Assembly (NCBI GenBank): GCA_964016885.1
Contig: OZ024743.1
Location: 234,856,001 to 234,920,000, forward strand
Direction of reading: 5' to 3'
Source of the DNA: Eledone cirrhosa
Taxonomy: Eukaryota
Length of the DNA stretch: 64,000 bases
Part shown: positions 27,901-37,332 of the stretch, piece by piece
Position numbering within the stretch: position 1 is the stretch's first letter
How the letters are laid out: every line of letters starts with the position of its first letter
The notes under the pieces: generated by a model
Databases searched by the model: none
The model's input: only the letters and a program-made list of their open reading frames with translations
What the model was told of the DNA's origin: nothing
Made by a program: the position numbers and the translations under genes

Positions 27901-30900
27901 TCCTTGCTTGTTTTAGTTGGATATGGAGACTGAATTTGAAAAGAAGGCCCGTGAAGGAATGGGTGATGATGAAGCCCAGTTCAGTGTTGAAGTTGCTCTT
28001 GACCAACAAGCATTCCTCTGGTCAAACAAGTATCGACCAAGAAAACCACGTTTCTTCAATAGAGTTCATACAGTAAGTTTTAATTCTTTTTCTTAATATA
28101 TCCTTTATTGTTAATTCTTAACAAGGACTAGTGCCCTCCATTGTTACACTAGCCATCTTTCTTGATTTATTGTTGTCTGTGCAATGGAGCTTGTAGACAA
28201 GACTGGAGGGGGTGCAGCAGAAGGGTTCCCTGACTTGGAAGACTGGCCATGAGGTCAGGAGCAGGAGTGAGATCCAGTGAAGAAGTTGGGGGAGGAAGGG
28301 AGAAGTAGAGGAGATTCCTGAGGTTGCATATGCACTTAAAGGAGGGAAAGGTTAGGAGGGGGAAAATGTTGCAGTAGAGGGATCCGACTGGAGGCAATGG
28401 AAGAAAATGAGGTTTGTCCTCTGGAGAAGTAAAGGGGAATGGTAGTTGGTTTAATTGTTTTTCTTAATATAGCCTTTATTGTTAATACTTAACAAAGACT
28501 AGTGCTTTGCATCAGACCTGCCAACTTCTAAAAGCCCAAACGGGGAGTACCATGAAAAAAAGGGCCCCAAAATGGGGAGATTTTACATAATGAAAGCTAT
28601 ACCCATTTTCACAAGAGAAGACATCCCTGTCAGATGGGGAGAGTTGATAGGTCAGCTGCATTTCTATTGTTACCCTATCCATCTTTCTTGATTTATTATT
28701 GTATGTAAAACAGACCAGTTCATCTATTGAAGGATACTAAAACAGAGGTCAAAATGTCCTTATCACTAGGCCAAGTGTCTCCACACCATTACAACACATA
28801 TTTTAATGAAATTTCAAGAAAAGCAAATAATTTTATTTGAAGAGAGTAATATTTATATTTGAGTAAACAATCATCTTGTTCTGTTTTCCATTTCAGGGTT
28901 TTGAATGGAACAAGTATAACCAGACCCATTATGATATTGATAATCCACCACCTAAAATTGTACAAGGATACAAATTCAATGTGAGTATCTCTCCCTCTCT
29001 GTAGTTTACAAGATTTATCTTTCATTCAATCCTAATTATATAATATAATGAAATTATTGTGTTTTCTACTCTTGTTAAATATTTGCTTATTGACATAAAC
29101 ATGAGTTGGTTGCTTGGTTTGTTCAGAATATTTAGACATTTGAATGTGTGTTTAAGTTTTTTTTAGTATTAACTCACCTGACACACCCCTTAGTTCTTTG
29201 ATAGGAAGCATCTGATTTAAAAGTATTCATATTTAAATCAAAATCTTCCATCATTATTTTAAATAGGAACTTTTCATTAACTTATATTCCAAACGCTAGT
29301 TTGTATAGTTTACTAATAATCCTTGCCCTTTTCCTCTCATTTATAGTCTTCTGCAATGCTACATTCTTTTTCTTTACGTTTGACTAAATATTAAATTCTT
29401 TATTATTTTTATGTAATTGAAAATGATTTAGTAAAATATACAAGTAAAGAAACTCCCAAAAGTAGCCTCCCATCTACTAAGTCACTCCAAATTCTCAATT
29501 GTTTTTAAAGTTAATTGTAACACAGTATTTCATTTTTTTTTTGTCATGACACCAACACGACAACTTTACAGTGTGGACTGGGTCCTTTTTATCGTGACAC
29601 CTACCCGACCACTTTGCAGTATCACAATTTTGCAGGAAAGAATATAGTTAATTAAATGAACCCATTTGAAACTAATATTGGTTTCTTATATAAGGTCAGA
29701 AATATATAGAAGTTTAGTTGAATCGTTCCCAGTATATGACTGGTATTTGCTAGGATGAAGAATAATGTCAACCTTAGTGACATTTCAACTCAAAGCATAG
29801 CCACACAAACCAAACATCTTGCAATATTTAGTTCAGCACTCGATGGCCTTGTGCCAAAAGTAGAAACAATATTTAGTTCAGCACTTTACTCTGTTAACGA
29901 TGATGATGATCTATTACTACAAACCATCTGTTTCAGAGTAGCAGAATGACTTCAGTACAACAAAGAACATGTTTTCTAACGATGACACGAATACATAGTG
30001 ACAATATTCTATATGATGTGTTTGGAACACTTACTATCATTGATATATGAATTAAGAAGTTTGACACTTACTGAGCAAAGATATCATATCAATCACCAGT
30101 GTTTTAATACAAATAATTATTGGAGAAAATTCTTCTCTCTTTTCAGATATTCTACCCCGATCTTATAAATAAAGCTGATACTCCAGAATATGCTTTGGTA
30201 ATTTTGCTATATTTCTTCATATACTTGTAGTTTATGGCTTATGTATTAGAAGTATGATGCTACATGATAGTGAAATGTGATGCATATGTATTGTACATCA
30301 TCATCATCATCGATTAACGTCTATCTTCCACGCTAGCATGGGTTAAACGGGAATTGTCCCACTTGAGGCAAGATTGATTGGGTGACCGTGTCTCGCTTGT
30401 ATAGGACTATCTGGCAGGTTTTCTACGGCATAATTGGGCAGTGTATGATAGTGAAACATGTGGCAGTGGTATTGTATGATACATCATGCATGTGATGATA
30501 TATGGCAGTTATACTTTATGATGTGTTATAAGTATAGTGATGATATAATGGAAATTATTGTGTACAGTGTTCAGGTGCATTACAACTCGCCGAAGGTGTA
30601 TGTGTGACTGACACATGATGTGTCATGAATGAAATGATGTACAGTGTGTTATTATTGTGATATTGTATTATGTATCATACATATGGTGATGAATAGCAGT
30701 GAAACATGAGCCATGTATCTGCTATAAGTCATAACTGTGGTGATATATGGCAGTGAAACAAGGTAGTGATATGCTATAATGAGCCATAAGTGTGATGATG
30801 CATAGCAGTGATATGCTATGATGTATCATAAGTGTAGTAATATATGGCAGTGAAATATAAGGCAATGATACACTATGATGTGTCATAAGTGTGGTGATAT

Positions 30901-32843
30901 ATGGCAGTGAAACATAAAGCAATGATACACTATGATGTCCTTTGTTATCATTCTATGCTGACACAGATTGAAAAAAGCCAACTCCTATTTAGAATTACTG
31001 CCCTCCTAGATAAGCTAAAGGACCATGTTTACTTAGTTAAATTGACACAGATAAATTGGTTGCACTGCTTCCTGTACAAATAATTCTTGTGTCTAGACAA
31101 AGACACAATATCTGTGTTGTTATGGTACTGAATTACAGATAATTTGGTTATGAGTTCAAATTTCACTACCACCATTGTATTGTATCTTTGAGGAGTAATT
31201 TACATAATTCTGTTTGCTTGATTGATAAACCTGGTTCTATTTCATAGAAGTAAGGACATCCAGCTATAAAATCAATTTCTCCAACAAAGCCTTCCCTACT
31301 TATGCTAGTATTGAATAAATCAATGTAAAACATATCTCATTTGGAAAACTTTTTAATATCGTTACTTCTTAGGGTGGTAGTTTGCAGTATCAGTAGAGCG
31401 TCGGATAGCATGCTTTACAACCCTTTACATTTTGAGTTTAAATCCTGCTGAGGTTAGCTTAGCCTTTCATCCTTACTGGGACAATAAAATAAAGTACCAG
31501 TAATGCACTGGAGTCGATTTAATTAACTTTCCCTTTATATTGCTGGTCTTGTGCTAAATCAGAAATGATTATTTCTTAAGATTGGCTTTTCTTTACAATT
31601 TAATTGTTTTTTCTCTTTACAGACTCCTTGCAATGACAATAAAGATTTTGCTCTGTTACGGTTTCATGCAGGACCACCGTATGAGGTAAATATCACTTTA
31701 TGTCTACTCTGGGTGTTATTATTCAGGAATTAGAGAAGCTTTTGGAAATATTAATTTACTTTGTTGCTTTTTGATGCAAACTTTATTATGAGACTAAGAA
31801 GTTAAAAGGGAGTTTAAGAACATTACACTAAAACTTTAATCTTTGCTAAGTTCAGCATCTCAGTAACTATCCCTGATAATTGAGCTGCTTTTCCTACTTT
31901 CATATTTGCACTTTTGATTGTATGGTTGTTAACTTCTTTTACAGATGTCATCCTCTCTACATATCACATGCCCATATCAATACAGCCTTCTCTCTTGCAC
32001 ACTACATCACATTCCTCTTATGCATAGTTTTTCTCAGTTCACTTATGCTGCAATGTTCATGCACATTACACATCCACCAGAGCATATAGCCTCCTTTCTG
32101 ATGAAACAAAATTTATTACTGTGTCAGATTTATCTGAATGGTCAGTAACCAGTTGGATAGCTTGTATTGTAGATGCTACTTTATTCTTCATCACAAGGCT
32201 CCTGTTACCTCTTACTTTTTACATTGTTGTAATATAGCTGCACTCTCCATGACCACCACCCACCAGTGTATAATTATTCTTGTGTGATGAATAAAACAAA
32301 GAAAGAATTAATCAGATATGTTTCAGAAATTCATTCTTACAGATTAAAACTGTAAAGTCAGGTCCAATATTACAAGAAGTTGTTTTTTGCTGTCACAGCC
32401 CTAAACAATGAAACCAGAAAAACATTTTTTAAATAATTTAATGTGTATAGTGTAGTTAATATGAAGTATTGTGAAATATGTAATAAAAGACTGATAATGT
32501 TTTTTTTTAAAGAAGATACAATATGGTAGAAAAATACAAAGGGTAAATGATGTTGAATAAAACAAAACAAAGTAATGTTTTACCCAGTGTATTTCAACAT
32601 AATATTTCAAATGTGGAGCTGAAACAGTTCAAAACAAAATGAGCAATCAATGTGTTCTTCCTTATTAATGTATATTTATTTGTACATTATAACAGTGTGT
32701 GATTTCTTTCTCTACAGGATATTGCATTCAAGATTGTCAACCGTGAATGGGAATATTCATACAAGCGAGGTTTCCGCTGTCAATTCCAGAACAACATTTT
32801 CCAGCTATGGTTTCACTTTAAACGTTATCGTTATCGAAGATAA
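10334..32843 (+). CDS. CACTIN: Splicing factor Cactin, 19 coding exons, 710 aa
   Basis: GT-AG exons with consistent phases: 10334-10419, 11795-12001, 12843-12912, 13599-13652, 15313-15459, 16693-16764, 18072-18134, 19215-19269, 19960-20048, 21001-21154, 23321-23467, 24392-24501, 26358-26566, 27151-27340, 27917-28072, 28897-28980, 30147-30197, 31623-31685, 32718-32843 (sum 2133 nt). Motifs: ETPEEKRARR, GYTNADNPFGD, AKPIDLL, YRPRKPRFFNRVHTGFEWNKYNQTHYD, RFHAGPPYEDIAFKIVNREW, LWFHFKRYRYRR*. AATAAA at 32892. Exon 1 is the least certain. Confidence 0.93.
10510..10712. repeat. Three-copy ~65-bp tandem repeat in cactin intron 1
   Basis: cacact(t/a)cgtatgttagg(c)cccacataa...ttcttc(a/g)tgctgaagg(a/c)atcc occurs three times. 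Confidence 0.7.
14405..14995 (-). mobile_element. 5'-truncated RTE LINE, well preserved, in cactin intron 4
   Basis: ORF 14428-15027 reads GGGCSEAIVSRIRTGWKKFRELLPLL...RRLRWYGHVMRM...GRPRKTW. Has an (ATG)n tail and TA-repeat flanks. Same family as 1-513 and 33981-34366. Confidence 0.92.
18399..18748 (+). mobile_element. Composite SINE family B (tRNA-like head, CORE-like body, RTE 3' tail)
   Basis: A-box tggctgagtgg and B-box gagttcaattct, then ccttgagcaagacactttatttcacattgctccag, then a tail identical to the RTE tail. Copies: 20273-20500(-), 36246-36577(-), 60806-61188(+), 15148-15235(+, truncated). Confidence 0.88.
18804..18935. repeat. Foldback element, 49-bp arms with 2 mismatches
   Basis: Arms 18804-18852 and 18887-18935 are reverse complements. 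The loop contains CTGATGA. Confidence 0.85.
20666..20914. repeat. ~250-bp imperfect palindrome made of two inverted minimal hammerhead ribozyme relics
   Basis: Minus arm: CTGATGA-aagatt-aaca-aatctt-GAAAC. Plus arm: gtgtct-CTAATGA-aagattaacaaattat-GAAAC-agtt-GTC-tgacat. Confidence 0.75.
22820..23008 (+). mobile_element. tRNA-derived SINE family A with 16-bp TSD
   Basis: Head ggcggtggattggcagtatcggtagag...gagttcaaatccc; body gcgtttcatccttacggggtcgataaaataaagtaccag. TSD attataactatacctc at 22803-22818 and 23006-23021. Approximate copies: 31370-31570, 38183-38370, 44468-44651(-), 52491-52682(-), 52715-52905, 55262-55478, 59724-59910, 59917-60077, 62328-62510, 62524-62640. Confidence 0.9.
23540..23820. 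repeat. Degenerate minisatellite (ctgtccagttgataacatatatag core)
   Basis: About 10 imperfect tandem copies in cactin intron 11. Confidence 0.8.
24650..25395. repeat. 42-bp minisatellite made of three 14-bp subunits
   Basis: ccaccatgtattag / ccactagatatcag / ccaccatataccac repeated with subunit drop-outs, in cactin intron 12. Confidence 0.92.
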
Positions 32844-33339
32844 GATTTTACTCAACTCTTCAGATTTTTACAGCATTGTATATTTTTAAATAATAAATCA
32901 ATTTTCTATGGAGCTCTTCGTCCACTTATTCCTGAGAGAGTTTCAGGGCAGAGTCCTCAAACTCACCTTCCGGAGGGTCCTATCAGAAGCAACTGTCTCC
33001 AACTGATACACAGTGAGGTTCACAGGGAAATAGGATTTCAAACATGCATAACTCTTGATTTATACATCTTATAAAGCTCAACAACCACTTTTTAAAAGGC
33101 TACTTCACTCTAGTATTTGATTTTTACTGAAGATATATTAACAAAACCTCATAGAAATGTTATTTTTCTGTTTACAGAAATACCTAAAAAAGCATAAATA
33201 TCATCATATAGATGAAGAATCATGTTGGAATAGATATTTTCTCATAAATTTGACATCAACATAAAGGCAGCAAGGGAGAAACATTGCAGGTAGAAAATGA
33301 AAAAGTTTGAAATTCTGTTTTTATTGATAAGAACGAGTT

Positions 33340-35215
33340 CAGATTGCACAAACCATTGATTAAAATGTGTCAATATCATTTGAAGGGGTTTTTGTATGTT
33401 TTTAGTCTGATGAGTAGTTTTTATCGCAGCTAAAGCAATAAATTATATTGTCCTGGTTTAACTTCATTTAGCTGTGAAGAATTCGAGGATGTGATCACCT
33501 ACCCATGACACTGAAAATCTGATCATCTGAAGATGTCTTGCATACATGTGACTCTAGGTACTTGCAAATATGCAATACTTATTGGTTGTTTCCAAGTCTT
33601 CTACACTGTGAACCAAGTCCATATCTATCATTCAGACACATGAGTTCTGTGGCATAGTGAATAACATCATGGAGTGTATGATTTATTTTTCACCCACTGA
33701 AATTTTGTGGCGATCAATATTTAATTCAATGTTGCAATGAAATTACTTGAAGAAAGCAAAGTTGAAGTAACGATAAATATGTCCTTTGTGTAATCCTTAA
33801 CACTTTAACATTTAAACCAACCGTATCCAGCCAGAATTCTCTCTCTTCTTTCTGTTCAAACTCGCCATAACTGGCTACTTATACTTATGTTAAGGTGTTG
33901 TTCTCAAAATAAATATCAAAATCTCATAGATTCAATATTATGTGAGGTAAAGCCTTTGCTGTGAAAATACAATAGTATATATATGCGACGGCTGGAGAGA
34001 AATGAGGTAAGCATGCTCCGTTGGATGTGCAGTGTCAATATGCGTGAACGACCCAGCATGAATGTGTTGAAAGAGAAACTGTCTGAGAGGGATAGAATGT
34101 AGTGTGCGAGAGAGGAGACTGAGGTGGTATGGACATGTGATGCGCATGGAGGATGACCGATGGGTGAAGACGTGCCAGTTGAAGGAAAACGTGGTAGAGG
34201 TAGACCACGAAAAACATGGGCGGAGGTGGTGAGAACAGAACTCAGATCACTGAAGCTCACGGTGGAGATGACGAAGGACTGTGTCAAGTGGAGAGATGCT
34301 GTGTTGAATAAGACCCGTCCCACTCTTGCAAGCAGGGAAAAGTGGATGTAAAATGATGATGATGATATAGAGTAATCTAAATGCTAAACGGTTAATTGAC
34401 AGAATAAGCTCAACACTGAAGAAACAATGACCTGTATTACTGTCAGTTTATGTACCTCACTGTCTACATTCAAGGCCATGCAAGTATTTTGAAAAGTTAT
34501 TTCAAAAACTCTTTGTTTTAATTTTTGAATATGTTCACTCTTAAACTTGGAATATTTAGTTTGGCCTATATAAAAAAAAACAACCCTTTAGCATTTGCAT
34601 TACTCTGTTTACTGTTGTATTTTCGCAGTAAAGGCTTTACCTCATGTAGTTATCTCACATAATATTGAATCTATGAGATTTTGATATTTATTTTGAGAAC
34701 AATACCTTAACACCAGTATGAGCAATTGGTTACAGGCAGTTTGAACAGAAAGAGGTAAGAGAATTCTGGCCAGTTTAAATGCTAATGGGTTAAGTGTTAA
34801 AACACTTTAAGAACCAGGTTGTTATATTGATATACATGTGTGTGATGGTTATTGAGTGCTGATCTGAGGTAGTTATTGACTCCTGTGTTATTGCTTTTCT
34901 GATATCGAAATCGCTTGGTTTCCTATTTATGTTGCCATCATTATCAATCACGGACTGTATAACAACCATGTTTCTACTGCATTTCAATTTATATCAAATC
35001 CCTCTATTATTTTTGTATCATTCCAACTGTCTTGAGTACTGACACACAAAATACATGCTACCCCTCCAAGACCAGATCAAGCACTTTTTAATTTTAAGTT
35101 TTTCATATTGCCCATTATCTTCACCTTAACATGGGTGACTGATCAACAATTTTAAGAGTCATACCGTTTTGGTTTAGTTCATCTCTTGCAACAGCAGTTG
35201 TGTGAATGATATAAT
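33340..35215 (-). pseudogene. RAG1-like/Transib DDE transposase pseudogene, core C-terminal part
   Basis: Manual translation across stops, frameshifts and inserts: IIHTTAVARDELNQNGMTLKI..VKVKIMGNMKNLKLKSA*SGLGGVACILC...RKPSDFDIRKAITQESITTSDQHSITITHMYINITTWFLKCF / EHIQKLKQRVFEI...GT*TDSNTGHCFFSVE / LIATKFQWVKINHTLHDVIHYATELMCLNDRYGLGS..EDLETTNKYI.KYLESH..KTSSDDQI..VMGR...SHPRIL...YCFSCDKNY. The order matches RAG1 GYDEK...CTLC...KGVSAKP...LH..I...NGNFAR...FHKTLAH...EGNESGNK. Confidence 0.8.
33797..34395. mobile_element. TTAA MITE containing a 5'-truncated RTE LINE (33981-34366, +)
   Basis: TTAA at 33797-33800 and 34392-34395. The MITE halves join across an RTE fragment with an (ATG)n tail. Confidence 0.85.
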
Positions 35216-35339
35216 CATTGCATGAGGTGATATTATGTGCCACTTACCACCATGACTACAATCACTACTAACACCATGGGGTGATATGTCTGTATTAAAC
35301 CACACTCACCACCACTACAATCGCTACTAACACCATGGG

Positions 35340-36222
35340 GTGATGTGTCCTATATTGACCACACTCACCACCACTAACATCATGGGGCAAAATTATGTGC
35401 CACATCAAACCACACTCATCACTACTTATATCATGGGGCAAAATTATGTGCCACATCAAACCACACTCATCACTACTTATATCATGGGGCAAAATTATGT
35501 GCCACATCAAACCACACTCATCACTACTTATATCATGGGGCAAAATTATGAGCCACATCAAACCACACTCATCACTACTTATATCATGGGGCAAAATTAT
35601 GTGCCACATCAAACCACACTCATCACTACTTATATCATGGGGCAATATTATGTGCCACATCAAACCACACTCATCACTACTTATATCATGGGGCAATATT
35701 ATGTGCCACATCAAACCACACTCATCACTACTTATATCATGGGGCAAAATTATGAGCCACATCAAACCACACTCATCACTACTTATATCATGGGGCAATA
35801 TTATGTGCCACATCAAACCACACTCATCACTACTTATATCATGGGGCAAAATTATGAGCCACATCAAACCACACTCATCACTACTTATATCATGGGGCAA
35901 AATTATGTGCCACATCAAACCACACTCATCACTACTTATATCATGGGGCAAAATTATGTGCCACATCAAACCACACTCATCACTACTTATATCATGGGGC
36001 AATATTATGTGCCACATCAAACCACACTCATCACTACTTATATCATGGGGCAATATTATGTGCCACATCAAACCACACTCATCACTACTTATATCATGGG
36101 GCAATATTATGTGCCACATCAAACCACACTCATCACTACTTATATCATGGGGCAAAATTATGAGCCACATCAAACCACACTCATCACTACTTATATCATG
36201 GGGCAATATTATGTGCCACATT
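35340..36222. repeat. 51-bp minisatellite, about 17 near-identical units
   Basis: Unit atcatggggcaa(a/t)attatg(t/a)gccacatcaaaccacactcatcactacttat. Degenerate units lie upstream from about 35215. Confidence 0.97.
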
Positions 36223-36586
36223 GAATCACAATCATAATATATATATCATTTCATTTTACGTCCGCTTTTTCCCTGCTTGCAAGGGTGGGACGGGAACTGA
36301 TGCTGGCTTGATTTCTACAGCTGGATGCCCTTCCTAACACCAACCTCATTTACAGTGAGTGCTGGGTGATATTTTGCCGTGGCACCTCCACGACCACTTT
36401 GCAGTGGAATGATATGGACCCCAGTCCCTATCATCTCATTTCTACAACTGAGTAAACTGGAGCAATGGGAAATAAAGTGTCTTGCTCAAGGAAACAACAC
36501 ATCACCCGGTCTGAGAATTGAACTCACAACCTTTCGATTGCAAGGCCAATGCTCTAACCACTAAGCCATGTGCCTCCATATATATA

Positions 36587-37332
36587 TTTGCTTTATCCTT
36601 CTATGTTGTTTACTTGTCTCACTCGCTTTACGCGACTCACTTGTCCCAATAGCTTTTTTTAGTTATTGCTCGCACCAACCTGAGGTATATGATTTTTAAT
36701 GCGATGAAATACCAATGATGGTTGGCAAATCACTGACGAGGGACTAATTTTATAATATGTAACCCATGTGCAATCACGCAGTATTCCTCTTCATGTTTTT
36801 TATACTATTTACCTCGGCTGCGTTTGTCTGTTTCTCTCTCACTGCTCCCCCGTTCTCTCTGTTTCTCTCACCTTCTTTCGCCCCCTCTGTCAGTTACACT
36901 TTCTCTCGACTGACCTCTTCCTCGCACTTCCACTCACTCACTCTGTTTCTCCCCTTCTCACTTCCTCCCGTTTCGTTGGTAGTGGGGTTCTTTCTTTCTT
37001 TCTCACATCTCACTCACGTCGGACGGTCTGTATTCTGAACGCTCATGAAATCCACCCAGCTTATGCTGACTGGACAACCATGTTGCTTGTTTTTTTCCCT
37101 AACTTCGGTTTGCTTTATCCTTCTATGTTGTTTACTTGTCTCACTCGCTTTACGCGACTCACTTGTCCCAACAGCTTTTTTTAGTTATTGCTCGCACCAA
37201 CCTGAGGTATATGATTTTTAATGCGATGAAATACCAATGATGGTTGGCAAATCACTGACGAGGGACTAATTTTATAATATGTAACCCATGTGCAACCACG
37301 CAGTATTCCTCTTCTCATGTTTTTTATACTAT
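36587..37332. mobile_element. Element with ~220-bp terminal direct repeats (Penelope pseudo-LTR-like, tentative)
   Basis: 36587-36808 is nearly identical to 37109-37332. The interior is pyrimidine-rich and the element is flanked by (TA)n. Confidence 0.5.

Noticed and set aside
33016-33340. RAG2-like gene or RSS nonamer (12/23 spacer) beside the heptamers
   Set aside because: The space is too short for a kelch ORF, and there is no ACAAAAACC-like nonamer at 12 or 23 nt from either end.
35295-36237. Three long ORFs (280-308 aa) and a CRISPR-like look
   Set aside because: They are by-products of a stop-free 51-bp unit. There are no unique spacers, no cas genes and no splice context.
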